From IMG/VR virus record IMGVR_UViG_3300045988_035499: DNA of 64,000 nt. One strand, 5' to 3'. A program made the position numbers and the translations under genes. This DNA comes from a virus. This document shows, one piece after another, positions 26,160 through 37,981 of the stretch. The notes beneath the pieces are model-generated. The model made no database searches. It saw only the letters and a list, made by a program, of their open reading frames with translations, and was not told the DNA's origin. Each line of letters starts with the position of its first letter. Position 1 is the first letter of the stretch.

Positions 26160-26911
26160 TACTTAGACTTAATTTCATTAAGTATTGCTAACTTAATATC
26201 TTGATTCTTTTTATCTTTTAAATATGTAATTACATCCTCTAAACCATTACCAATTAAGTCAGTTCCAAAATAGTACTGAGCTCTATTCTTTCTAATAATG
26301 TTTTTAGCAACAGCTTCTTCAATTACATAGTTAATTTCTTTGTTTGGATTTTCAACCCATTTCATCATAAAGGTCTTAGGAGAGCTTTCGATCTGTTCAG
26401 TTAATTTGGCTTCTACAAGTTCATTAGACATAGTATCAGATTTAATACCATACAGTCTAAGACACTTACGCATTTCTTCGATAGACATCTTATCCATCTC
26501 TCTATATGCTTCACGCTTAATCTTATTGATCTTATTAGCTTCTTCTGCTTCACTATCTTTGTTAATTATAACATAATCAGTAGCTGCTGTAATCTTATTT
26601 AAACCATTTGCTACTCTTTTATGATTCTTGAGGAATATGTATTTGAGTTCATCTTCTGGTCTATCTGTATCTAAAATAACATCCTTCTTACCAATCTTAA
26701 TGGCAAAAGTGTCCCAAAATGAACTACTAGGGGATAACTACCCTGGTTGATAACCAATTTCTTTTTCTAATCTTTCTGCATCTGCAGCAGTCAAGCCAGT
26801 ATACAGATTACCAGATCTCGTCCAGTATGAGCTTACATAATCATAACATGTAGGCCATTTTGTAATCCCAGTCCAGGGATTAGATTTAATTATTCTAACG
26901 ATTACTTCCAT
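26159..26911 (-). CDS. hypothetical head-module protein
   Basis: Track ORF 26159..26497 extends upstream in frame through one TAG to ATG 26909-26911 (251 codons). Confidence 0.55.
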
Positions 26912-26951
26912 AATATTTAATTAGATTGTTCAGTTAGTTATTGTTTTCTAA

Positions 26952-26985
26952 TCATAGTAGTATGCTTTTTAACATACTACTATGA
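26952..26985 (-). terminator. 13-bp perfect hairpin downstream of the MCP gene (putative terminator)
   Basis: TCATAGTAGTATG/CATACTACTATGA inverted repeat. No clear T-run. Confidence 0.45.
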
Positions 26986-27023
26986 CAGAATATTTTAGTT
27001 AAGGTTCCTCAATCGCGGCGAAA

Positions 27024-28493
27024 TTATTCTGCTTCCATGATCAATTCTCCGCAGGCTCTGGGGTCGCGGAGCATAATACCCATCTCACCCAAGAAGAATA
27101 CAGTGTAGCCGTCCTTACCGTTAGATCTCAGAGTATTCTTAGAGTTAGCATAACCAGACGGAGCAACGGCACCACCAGTATACCAAGTAACGAATTCACG
27201 ATCTTTACGAACTACCTTAACGATGTTAGCTTCACCATCACGTCTACCCAGATCCAGGAATGTCATACGATATGATTCCAACGGTTTCAGAGTAACAGGG
27301 TGCAACTGACGATTGTATACGATATCGTCATACAACGGGAAATACTTCAGAGTAAGTTCAATACCATTTGTCATTGAGTAAGTCTTGAACTGACCACCGA
27401 ACTTCAAGTTATCACCAGAACCAGTTACAAATACAGTATCCGTCAAGTTCATGTTAACAACTTTTTCCTTCAACAGTCTGTCGAATTCTCTCATACCCAT
27501 TTCACCAGTCAAAGCAACAAACTTACGTTCATTAGTACCAAGTACATTGTAAGACAGGTCAAACAAGAAGTCTTCCAACAGTTCTGCAGTAAGACGAGTA
27601 TAGTAACGTCTGTTAGACGGAGCAATTTGTTCAAGCAAACCAGCACCGATAAATACCGGACGACCGTTAGTACCCTTCAAATTACAAGATCCATCTTTGT
27701 TTACATTGTTTTTCATGTAAACTAACATACGTTCACATCTCTTATACCATTCACGTAATGCAACCCATTCCTGATAATCAGCCCACAGATAGGAAGTCTT
27801 TCCAGTCTTAGGATCTTTCAGGGCAATTGCCATTACTGTAGAATAAGCTGAACCAGTGATATCATAGTTGATACGAATTGTCGTAAGATAATTACGCATC
27901 TTAAAATGAGTATTATAGTTCAGGATATCACCTTCTTCACTGTATTCTTCAACAGCAGAAGCAAGACGTGATACTTGACAACCCGGTTTCAGATATTCAG
28001 AAGGAATATAAGAACTCGGCTGGCCATCGGCTACGAAGCAAGTATATACCCAAAGATTACCATCTTGGTACGGAGCACCTGAAACACGTACTTGGAAGTC
28101 TTTATTATCGAATTCAAGTACTGCAGTAGGACCGAACCAGTTATCTTCCAACCACAACAGGATAGGAGTATTGTTCAAACCAGCAGTAGAAGTTTCAGTA
28201 ATAGCTGCGCCATTCCATTTTGCATCTCTGATTGTAACAGCTCTATCTGCATCAATCATTACTTTCCACTCCCAACTCGGCTGATCAATGGTCATTACAT
28301 TACCAAGACCACCAGTCAACATATCCAAAGAAGTGTTGTAACCATTATCCTTAGTTCCAAATACATAAGATAACACGGTAGCAACCTGATATGGATTCTA
28401 TTGTGAAGCCTCCGAAATTTTGGCAGTATCAATCAAATCACTAAACCATTTTCCTTTGTACAGTACTAAGTTATTTAGAATATTATTATCCAT
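27024..28493 (-). CDS. major capsid protein
   Basis: Track ORF 27024..28376 extends through one TAG to ATG 28491-28493 (490 codons). Size, high G+C and position after the acidic scaffold-like gene fit a crAss-like MCP. Confidence 0.75.
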
Positions 28494-28529
28494 AAAATAC
28501 TAGTAATTTTAAATTTAATTTGTTAAATA

Positions 28530-29684
28530 TTAATTTGCACGCAATTGACGTACAATAGAATTCCACATAGACTCGTTGCTAGTGTTATCCTGTTTTCTAG
28601 TTTTTCTACTTACTCCAGTTCTATTGAGACTATCTTTAAATTTGCTTATAGCCTTATTGGAGCCTTCAGTCTTTGCAGCTTTAAGCAAAGTATCTCCCTT
28701 CATAGTAAAGTATGCAGATTCTAGTAAATTTTTCACGCTCTTAGACCAATCTTTTTGATATTGGGTCATTCCATCAGCAGTAGGTTTGAATATGTATTCC
28801 AATAGCGTCTTCTTATCCTTCTCAGGAATCTTTACACCACGAATGTTATCCAACCCTTTTATTTCGTTGACAACGGAGTTAAAATAGTCCTGTTGTTTCT
28901 TTCTATTCAGCTCAGCAGTCTTTTTCTGCTCTTCCAATAGCTGTTGTTTCTTTTCTTCTCTAATCTCCTTCAATGATTCGAGAGCGTCTACAGCCTCATC
29001 TTCAAGCAATCCGGCTTCTTCATATTTAGTAAGTTTCTTCTCAATGGACTTACTACTAAAGCCTTTTTCTTTCAGAAATTCTTTAAGTACTAATTTCTGA
29101 TTTACTTCATCATCTTCGATGTTAATATCGTCAATATTTAGTTCTCCGTCAATCTGGAAATAATCTTTAAGATTACCGCCATTCTTTACAAATTCATCCA
29201 ACTGTGCTACTTCTTCGCTAGCATACTGTGGAACTGAATTCTCTTCTATTACATTTTGGAAGTAGTCGATTAGATCTTCTACAGTTTTAGGTTTTTCTTC
29301 ATCTTCTATATCTTCCCAACCTAATTTTTCAGATAATGAATCAAAGAATCCAGAAACGACAGTTGTCTCATTTTCATTTATTTCTTCAGTATCTTCATCT
29401 TCGTTCTCTGTCTCTTCTTCAGTATCTTCTATCTCTTCCTTCTTAGACTTCTTATTAGTCTTAGCAGGCTTTACATCTTCCTCTTCTTCATCTTCCTCAG
29501 AATCCTCTGTATTGCTCCTCTTACCTTGTTTACGAATTTCTTCTAACTCTTCATCAGTAAGTTCTTCTACAATAGCATCATCTTCTGTTTCTGTTTCAGG
29601 CTTTTCTATAATTGTCGTTTTTGTCATTGCACCTGGCGCGAAGTCTTCAAATACTTCAAAGCCGTTTAATGTAGTCTTATCCAT
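28530..29684 (-). CDS. scaffolding-like protein with highly acidic Glu/Asp tracts and a helical C-terminus
   Basis: 384-aa ORF with long EDEEEED runs. Lies immediately upstream of the MCP gene. Confidence 0.6.
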   Translation of the reverse strand: MDKTTLNGFEVFEDFAPGAMTKTTIIEKPETETEDDAIVEELTDEELEEIRKQGKRSNTEDSEEDEEEEDVKPAKTNKKSKKEEIEDTEEETENEDEDTEEINENETTVVSGFFDSLSEKLGWEDIEDEEKPKTVEDLIDYFQNVIEENSVPQYASEEVAQLDEFVKNGGNLKDYFQIDGELNIDDINIEDDEVNQKLVLKEFLKEKGFSSKSIEKKLTKYEEAGLLEDEAVDALESLKEIREEKKQQLLEEQKKTAELNRKKQQDYFNSVVNEIKGLDNIRGVKIPEKDKKTLLEYIFKPTADGMTQYQKDWSKSVKNLLESAYFTMKGDTLLKAAKTEGSNKAISKFKDSLNRTGVSRKTRKQDNTSNESMWNSIVRQLRAN

Positions 29685-29701
29685 AATTAGTATTAATTAG
29701 A

Positions 29702-29938
29702 TTATTTGTTTTTCTTTCTTCCACCCTTTTTCCATTTTTTAGCATTTTGAGCAAATATAGCCCTCTTTCTAGTCAAAGGATTTTTACTGTGTGTAAGTTC
29801 TTCAGTTGTTTTACCTGTTCTTTTCTTTAAGGCGTTGAACTTGCCTCTATTCTTTTTCTTTATATGTATACCACCATCCTTGTAAGATGGTACAGGGTAT
29901 TCTGGTATAATGCCAGCATAGTCTATTAGATCACTCAT
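29702..29938 (-). CDS. small highly basic protein
   Basis: ATG 29936-29938 (MSDLIDYAGI...) to TAA 29702-29704. Lys/Arg-rich. Overlaps the stop of the upstream gene. Confidence 0.5.
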   Translation of the reverse strand: MSDLIDYAGIIPEYPVPSYKDGGIHIKKKNRGKFNALKKRTGKTTEELTHSKNPLTRKRAIFAQNAKKWKKGGRKKNK

Positions 29939-31187
29939 TGTTATTAAAGTATTGATTAACACCCATAGCTCCTACGCCAAGTAAAGGCACAGTATTGAAC
30001 CATTTTGTATACTGTTTAAGATTCTTAAACTACTTACTAGCCTTAGATACTCCTCGTAAAGATGAAATATCAGATACTTTCTATAATACTTCTTTTAGTT
30101 CCTATTCACTGACTTTCTATCCTCTATTGTTAATTAACCCATTCTGAAACATATATTCTCTTAATTGATTCATATGAGATTTCTGTTCACTAGGTTTAAG
30201 ATAATATCCTTTTGAATCTATAGGTTTGCTAGAAAAGTCTTTGCTCATCTAATAGAACATATTGCTATCACCTTCAGCACTTGGTCTATTTTTATTACGA
30301 AGAAAATCTACATAATGACCATATTCATGTTCTGTTAAAAATTCGTCCAAATTGGTCATATTTGGATCTATTCTATAACTGTAAGTACCATTAGCATTTC
30401 TCATTGAACCAGATGTTCCATTACCTAAATCCATTAACTACACTTTAGGTAATTTTGTAGGGTCTACATTATAACTATCAATAATATCAGCGTATGGAGT
30501 AATATAATCATCACCAAATGCTTTCTTTACTTCCTTAGCTCTAATCATATAATTAGGATCATCCATCAATCTTTCTGCTATATTATAACTTTGATTAACA
30601 GCCTTTGTACGTTTTGCAAGCTACACGTTATCATAATTAATAGCTTCATCTATTCTGTTTTGTACATAGTTAGGTCTTACTGTCATATCAAAGTTATAAT
30701 TACTAACTTTAGTTTTTGGAGTTACACCTTTGTACTTTTTTCTAAAGTTCTTAACTGTAGTAGGTACAAAGGGTATCATAGTAAGTGCAGCTAATCCTGC
30801 ACCAAGCCAGTCATCATTCTTTATTGCCTAATAAGTATCATTTATAGCAATAACATCACCAATAGGAGTAAAATTCGCAACATCTTCTAAATTTGTTATA
30901 GGTTTAAGTCCTCTGACCATAGGTCTATTATCGAACTTACTTATTTCATCCGTAGAGTTATTAATATAGTCATAATACTACTCTTCAGTATATTTCTGAC
31001 CATATTTATCAGTATACAATTTGCCTTTATAAGGAATACGTTCAATAGGTTCAGGTCTGTTAGTAGGTGGCACTTCGCCACCATCAGCAAATGCTGATAC
31101 TTTCCAATCTAAATAGGTCTTACCAGGATTTGACTCCCGGTAAGCCTTTAGATTCTGCATTCTTTGTTTAAATGCTTTCTTATCCAT
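29931..31187 (-). CDS. protein with HExxH zinc-metallopeptidase motif
   Basis: Track ORFs 30978..31187 and 30249..30434 share a frame and are joined by TAG. ATG 31185-31187, TGA 29931-29933, 419 codons. Motif LTEHEYGHYVDF. Confidence 0.6.
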
Positions 31188-31266
31188 AACTTTTCAATTA
31201 TTTCTTTCCACCTTTGCCCTTCTTAGAGCCAGATTTCTTTCCTCCGCATGCCATAATTATTTCTCC

Positions 31267-31731
31267 TTATAATGTTTTAATATATTCTAAAAAACCTTTC
31301 TTACCATACTTTTTGTATGTTTTCTTTCTATTTTTGATTTTATATTTGTTAAGATTTTCAGGCTTACGAGTTTTTAGATAGTCTAAATTCTCAGCATTAG
31401 CATAAGCCTCCATTTCATAACAAATAGTATAATAAGCTCCTGAAGCTGGATGTATTATTGGATTTCCTTTTAACCATTGTATTAAGTAAGACCAATAGTA
31501 CTTCAACCAAGAACCTTTATCTTTAGCCTAGTATAAGTGAATAGTCTCATGATTCCAAGTAGTAGGAGTTATAAGACTTTCATCTTTTCTAGATAATAGA
31601 TACCCACACCAACTCATTGCAGAATACCCACTAGCTGGGTAATGTTCCATATGTTTATACTAAACTTTATCTGCCTTTACTTTAGTGAATAACTATTTAA
31701 TAATCCACCATGTTTCTTTAAACCAATTCAT
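31267..31731 (-). CDS. small protein with HExxH motif
   Basis: ATG 31729-31731 to TAA 31267-31269, 155 codons, three in-frame TAG. Motif TWNHETIHLY-[TAG]-A. Confidence 0.5.
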
Positions 31732-31732
31732 A

Positions 31733-34237
31733 TTACTTCTCTCCTACCGTTTTATTCTTCAGTGCCGTGCGTGCTTTCAACCTTTCACGTTCCAAAGCTG
31801 CGTTATCTTTTTGTTTTTGTAGCTACTTCTAAGCTTCTAACTTTTGCTTTTCTAATTCAATTTTCTTATCTTCGATCTCTTTCTTCATCTTTTGTTCACG
31901 AATTTTAGTATTGAATTCAAACTGTTTAGAGGCTTCATCAGATGCTTGTTTTCTTTCAGCTAAGGCTTGATTTGCTATCTCTATAGGATCGGGTATTCCA
32001 TTATTATCCTAGTCCATATCCTCTACACCCCTATAAGCATTGAGTTGAGCTACAGTGATCTTAGTAGCATTATCAGAATCTATCTTATACTTCTCAAGAT
32101 CCATCTCAGCTTCCTTAATCATAAGTTCTTCTTCCTTAACTTCATTCTGCATTTGGATCATTTGCTGTTCACGTTGAGCTTGAGCTTCTTCTATAGCTTG
32201 TTGCTGTTCCATACGTTTCTACTCTATTTCTTCAAGTTTACCCTTGATCATAGTAACATTATCCATAGTAATAATCTCAGCAATATCAAGTAAGCTAGCT
32301 CCATTTTGCATAGCAGGCTGCATAAGATTTCTAAGGGCTTCTATCTGTTGTTGATTTTTAGTAGTGTCTTCTACAAATATATCATAGTCCTCATAGAAGA
32401 AATTTTCAGATAAAGTAATGAAAGCTCTAGTAGCATCATCTAGTATGTAATGTAATTCTGTCTTATTATCTTTCCATACATACTTAGCTGTGTTGAGCAA
32501 CATTGTGATAGCTTCCTTCTTCACTTGGTTATGCACCCAAAACCAAGGTTCAGTGATATGAGCAGACTGTACTACAGATCTTTCTACATTACCTACTAAT
32601 TCATTAGATGCTATAGCTCCCTCACGCTGTTTACTTACTCCAGATATTTCAGACAGCATACTTTCAATCTTATCCATCAAATTGATGTATTGATCAATAG
32701 TATTAGCCATAGAAAGGTCTAATGCAGTAATCTAGTTGAACTATGATGGTTTACCACCTTCTCTACCAGGTATGTCCCAACCCTCTTCATATGGGTTGAT
32801 AAAGTTAACGCCAAGAGCAGATAAATAGTGCATCCATTTAGATACATCTATGTTCATAGACTTAGGTATCTGAGTAATATCCATATTTACTACTTTACCT
32901 TTATCTCTAGACATAGCTAACTCCAATCTATACCAAAGTACTATGTACATATACTGTAAAGGTTTCATCATACTAACTAGACTTCTAGGTCTACTATTAG
33001 TATTATTATATATTACTCCAGTATATGGTAATCTTTGAGCATTAGGATTATCTGCAGATACATACTGATAGTCTACAGGCTATATTCCTACATAACCGTC
33101 TTCACCGTATCTATACCCTTCCCATACTTCAATTATCCATTTCCACTCTACATTCAACTCCATACCAGTTTCTTTATAAGTTTCATCAACTTCATATTCT
33201 TCTGGCATACCAGTTTCAGGATCAATTACAGTTACAAATCCAATCTTCTTAAATGACTTCCAACAACAATGCCACAATCTAATATTGTCTGAACCGTCAA
33301 ATGGATTAGAAGTGAATCCGTTTATGTTATGTAATTTGATATGAGCATAGTCTAATGATGTCTTTCTAAGTTCTGGATTTATACCTCCTTTGGCACCATC
33401 TTCCATTAGCTCCAGGAGCTCATTTAACTACTTCTCAGACATTTTATCATACAACCTGTCATATATCTCAGTTGCAGACATAATCATCTCATAACAGCAC
33501 CATTGTGCCTCGTGAATAAACTCTATATCTGATGTTTCAGTGTCATAATCAAAGTATAAAGGATTGATGCGTTGCATACATGGTTGTCCATTTAATACTC
33601 CTACATAGTATATCTCTTCTCCACCTATCAAAGCGTCTTTCCACCCTTTAAAGAATTCATGAGTAATATTAAGTTTATTCTTTAAATAATTAAGACTATG
33701 ATATGCTGTTATCTCTGCTATATCCTTATAGTCTTTACTCATGTATTTCTATATCTATTCTGGAGTCATAATCTCTCCAGACTCTAAAGCTTGCTGATAT
33801 CTTTGCTATTCTTCAGGCCCTAGCTTACTCATAATAGTAGCCTGAATATAGTCTATTAACATCTATTTAGCTTTATCTTGCATCTCACTAGTAGCAATAT
33901 CACTAGTACGTGTAACTCGGAAGTTAAATGGCCTTTTAGTTTCCTCTCCTAATAGTAAGTCTATCTTTGGCTTGATTATATTATAATCCTAAGCCATAGC
34001 TGGGAATCCATCCTACTATTTAAAAGGATTTGTAACATACTTTAGATCTTTCTCATTATATATACTATTGTAAAGATCATAGTAAGTCTACATTTCTTCC
34101 TTACGTGTCCTAGTATTGCCATTTCTAGATCCTCCCTAACTGTGTCCTATAATATAGTCTACACAGGCTTCCTACCAAGCTTTTGTCTTCTTAGACATAG
34201 GAAGTTTCTATATCGGAAACTGATTGATATTATTCAT
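31733..34237 (-). CDS. portal protein
   Basis: Five track ORFs (33428.., 33080.., 32741.., 32219.., 32009..) share one frame. I translated the whole stretch and found about 19 TAG and no TAA/TGA. ATG 34235-34237, TAA 31733-31735, 835 codons. Lies directly downstream of TerL. Confidence 0.8.
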
Positions 34238-34239
34238 AA

Positions 34240-36291
34240 TTAAAACATATATGCTTCTATATTATTATCGATTTCATCGTCATGAAACCAATCTTGAGTA
34301 AAAATAGGACCGTCAAACAATACTCGATTCCTATTTTCGTTCTTTTTCTCTTTTACTTTAACATTATATAGCTGTTCTCTATATATCATTACCTGCATCA
34401 ACGCCATGACTCTATCGAAGTTTGCTGTATCATTATAACTGATAAGCTCTTCTAATAGCGGCTCTGATAGTATGTTGTGTAGGTTCTTCTTACCTGGTGA
34501 TTGTTCTTCGTTAAGCCAGTCTTTAATTAAGCCTTCTCCCCATTGCTTAATCTATTTGTTCATGTGACAACCTTTCTTTCTTTGAACTTTGGAGTTTCCA
34601 ACAACATCGGAAATAATATCGGGTTGATCAGCCAACAAATAGTCACAATGCTTAGCAGTAAAGTAAGGAAAAAGACCTTTTCGTTCGTTTTCATACATGA
34701 TACGCCCGTTATAGTACACAGCTAATTTGCGAAGATTTTCATAGTACTCTTCAGCTGTCTAAGGCCTTCCTGTATATTCTGCAACAATAATATCGTAGTA
34801 GTTTTCAAAATTCTAAAATCTCTTATAAACAAATGTAGAACCTAACGAATTAGTACCCGATTGATCGTGGTCATAAGGGTCTACTCCTAATATATATAAT
34901 CCTATAGGAGCATCCTTCATAGGGTGTTCCCATATCACTATAGCACCAGTTGGATCATCATCCTTCTTTAAAGGATAATGTGTTACATCTCCATGTTTCT
35001 TAATAACCCACTTAAGTGTACCATCTGGCTCCCACACTAGATCTCCAACCTATTTTACATTACTAAGACTCTTATTAGTACGTATTTTAGCTAACTGTTC
35101 TTGTAGTTCTTTCTTAGGGAATATATTACCGCCAAACTCCAAACATGCTTCCTATGGGGTTATACAGTGTTCTGCTACATATCTATCTACTGCTACAGAG
35201 TTAGTAGCATTTTCTACTACTTTTCTACGTTCAGATAATATGTACTCTACAGACTTCTTATACAGAGTATTACCATCTTTATCCATGTAGATTCTGTTGC
35301 CATTCTCATCACGGAAGTCCATATTAGTATACTGTGGTATAAAGAATCCACATTGCTTATCTGATGGAGTTTCGTCCCATATATTATCAAATCCTAGACA
35401 GTTATAACCATCTGGATTATAGAACATATCTTTAAGAGTCTCAAAGTGGCTATCTTCATCTCCGCCAGTACCAAAAGCAATCATTGTACCAAATGCTACA
35501 CCGTCTTGTTCTACAGAAGGTCTAGCAATCTGCCATGCAGCACCTAGTTCAGAAAATGAACCAGCCTCTTCAAATATAATAAGTTTACCGGCTTTACCAC
35601 GTACTACGTCAGGATTATCTTTTAGAGTAACACCAATAATCTCTGATTTGAAACCTAATTCCACCTCATTACCATATTCATCTTTAGTAAAGAAACCTGC
35701 ACGTTTACGCATCGAAGTATTAACAGATCTTTTCTTACCCCACGCAGTATTCTTATCTATAAAGTCCATATAATCCCAAGCTTTAGTAAGAATACCATCC
35801 TCTGTCAGGTATTGCTTATTGCTTGCGTATATATATGTCTTGCTACCAGGAAATAAGTAATAGTTACGGCATGCCATTGCTGCATTCTTGTATGAATAAC
35901 CTTTACGTCTACTCTTTAATGCGCATAAATGTTTACCTAAACCTTCTGCATCTTCTACTGCTAGAAAGAAGTAATAGTCATAATCGTAAAAGTCAGGGAA
36001 CTGCAATTCACGAGTTTTCTTTACTTTAGTAGTTCCATCTAGGTTAGTTATAGTCGTATATATAATTCGTTGTATAGGACAGAAATTTAAATAAAAATAG
36101 TTATACCCACTAATGAAATCACCATCATCAGCAGTATAACCATACTTACATCTATCTCTCTACTCATCCCAGTATTTGAAGTACTCCGATGTACCTTGAG
36201 GATACTAACAATAAGAACCAGACGCTAAATACTATAGTGCTGGTCCCCTAAATTTATCGGACTATTTAATTTTTTTAGTAAAGTCGACCAT
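34240..36291 (-). CDS. terL: terminase large subunit
   Basis: Track ORFs 35152..36006 and 34813..35037 are in frame, with extensions through about nine TAG. KLIIFEEAG Walker B-like motif and a nuclease-domain C-terminus. ATG 36289-36291, TAA 34240-34242, 684 codons. Confidence 0.8.
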
Positions 36292-36508
36292 GTTTTTCTA
36301 TATTTATATTCCAATTATATTTCTTACTATCTATAGTACATTCATTCGGCGGTAATAAAAGACTATCTAAAGGAAAATTAATCTCGCTATTTTCTGCATG
36401 AATTACTTCAAGGCTACTTTCCAAAATAAGCATGATAGTAGTATCCTTTAAATTAGGATATAATTCTTTTAGATATTTATAAAATTCTATTTTCTTTTGG
36501 TCTTCCAT
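36275..36508 (-). CDS. small hypothetical protein upstream of terL
   Basis: 77-aa ORF. Its 3' end overlaps the terL start by 17 nt. Confidence 0.5.
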   Translation of the reverse strand: MEDQKKIEFYKYLKELYPNLKDTTIMLILESSLEVIHAENSEINFPLDSLLLPPNECTIDSKKYNWNINIEKHGRLY

Positions 36509-36518
36509 AATACTATTT

Positions 36519-36547
36519 AAAAGGGGCGCGTTTCACAACGAACCCCC
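36519..36547 (-). terminator. GC-stem hairpin plus T-run (putative terminator of the tRNA/ncRNA transcript)
   Basis: Minus strand reads GGGGTTCGTTGTGAAACGCGCCCC followed by TTTT. Confidence 0.45.
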
Positions 36548-36943
36548 TCTCTTAACCTTAAAACTCTTTTTTTAATGAAATCAATGTTTTTTACAAAACC
36601 CTGAAGTTTGTCTTACGACAGGGACAACAGGGGATTATAGGCTTAGAGTTTATACAGGAACTCTCTCAAACCTGCCCACTTACGATTGGGTCCATCATGA
36701 GCTGTGTTAACTATAAGCTTCCTTATATAGCTAGTGACTTAGGAATTTACGTTGTGCCGGCCTGCAACTTCACTATCGTAGAAAGGTTTGTGAGATAAAA
36801 TGCCAACGCCTCAGCTATCTCACACATTACCCAAATCGTGAATTGACCTTTCTAATAAATAAGTTAAAGGTAAGTAGAGGGTCATTCTTATCATATTTCA
36901 GAAGTTCGGATACTACCCACAGCTACTGCAAACTTACCTTTAT
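36548..36943 (-). ncRNA. unclassified structured RNA downstream of suppressor-tRNA exon 2
   Basis: About 400 nt with no ORF and G+C above the surroundings. Nested long stems AAAGGTAAGT/ACTTACCTTT, AAAGGT/ACCTTT and GTGAGAT/ATCTCAC. Contains GAAAGGTCAA and TTCCTAAGTCA strings that resemble group I P/Q elements. Confidence 0.4.
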
Positions 36944-36983
36944 TGGTAGCCCCACTACGACTCGAACGCAGACTAAGAGGGTT

Positions 36984-37981
36984 CATTTACTCGACTATTG
37001 CATCCAATCCTAAGATCAGTCTTCTCGTTTAGTCTGTCACGCTGCTTTCGCTTGCGCCTCGTCAACATTTCTGTCTTCCGAGTCAATTAGAGAAGATTCT
37101 AATAGTGGATTATTTATTATCCCACTACCATCCAATATAGTCCAATAACTATTTAACCAAAAATTATCTTTATTGTAACTTATAGTTCTAGTGCAAGTTT
37201 TTATTCTTTTAGTCTTAACTTCACCTTTATCTATAAGGGCTTTGGCCGCTTCTACTAAACTTCCATATCGAGCTATTTCTTTATGGTTGTTATCGTATCG
37301 TATTACATATCTTTGGTTTGAATGTTTTTGACCGGTCTCATTTACTATAGCAGTTACAACTTTGCGTCTAATACCTAGAATACTAGATACTTGTTTAACA
37401 TTTCTAACTCTGTCATAAGTATCAGATACTAACTTTCTTAATTCGTCAGTTATCTCATATTTAGATTCGTTTCTTTGTTGATTTCTACTACCATAAGTAG
37501 TGGTCTGACTATGACAATTAGGACAAAGAAATCTTAAATTTTCAAGTCTATTATCATTATTTATACCATTTATATGATCTACTTCTAAGCTTAATGTTTT
37601 ATCATTCCACTTATTTATCCCACATATGGCACATTTATAAGGTAATAGATTATTCTTTATTATACTTCTTCTAAGTACGGATCTTGTATGTTTACAATTT
37701 TCTCTAAATAGTACATCTGGAGATATCTCTTTGTCTTTATTAGATTTTAAGTAAGCATTCTTTCCTTTGAAATTAGAACTATCTAAGTTCAAGTCTGCCA
37801 TCCTTCGTTTGATTTGAGAATAGCCCCAAGAATTTCCGTTTGTTGTATATCCTAATTTAAATAATACTTCTGCAATATTTGTACTGTTGCATATTAATTC
37901 TACAAACTGTTCGTCTGTACATTCGTATATTTTGTTTATCATAGCTTTATTTTTAACATTCAATTAATCATCGAACTTCTA
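36984..37981 (-). mobile_element. group I-like intron carrying an HNH homing endonuclease gene, inserted in the tRNA anticodon loop
   Basis: U precedes the 5' junction and G is the last intron nt. P3 is TCTTCTC (37096-37090) / GAGAAGA (37026-37020). P7 is CAGACT (37036-37031) / AGTCG (36996-36992). A short P8 hairpin lies between them. P1 and P4-P6 were not resolved by eye. Confidence 0.6.
37037..37942 (-). CDS. HNH homing endonuclease (intron-encoded)
   Basis: EVDHINGINNDNRLENLRFLCPNCHS HNH motif preceded by CxxC. ATG 37940-37942 (the track uses an upstream TTG at 37963). TGA 37037-37039 overlaps the intron core. Confidence 0.85.
   Translation of the reverse strand: MINKIYECTDEQFVELICNSTNIAEVLFKLGYTTNGNSWGYSQIKRRMADLNLDSSNFKGKNAYLKSNKDKEISPDVLFRENCKHTRSVLRRSIIKNNLLPYKCAICGINKWNDKTLSLEVDHINGINNDNRLENLRFLCPNCHSQTTTYGSRNQQRNESKYEITDELRKLVSDTYDRVRNVKQVSSILGIRRKVVTAIVNETGQKHSNQRYVIRYDNNHKEIARYGSLVEAAKALIDKGEVKTKRIKTCTRTISYNKDNFWLNSYWTILDGSGIINNPLLESSLIDSEDRNVDEAQAKAA

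Noticed and set aside
31198-31254. Tiny ORF MACGGKKSGSKKGKGGKK between two late genes
   Set aside because: At only 18 codons it has no support beyond being open. I do not report it as a gene.
1-36508. Reading the leftward arm in the standard code as a field of fragmented pseudogenes
   Set aside because: The fragments are co-linear and in frame, the interruptions are exclusively TAG, and the rebuilt products are full-length TerL, portal, MCP and fibers. Recoding explains the pattern far better than decay does.
37943-37963. TTG start for the HNH ORF given by the track
   Set aside because: An in-frame ATG seven codons downstream (37940-37942) is the more conventional start. The upstream 21 nt are more likely intron 5' sequence.
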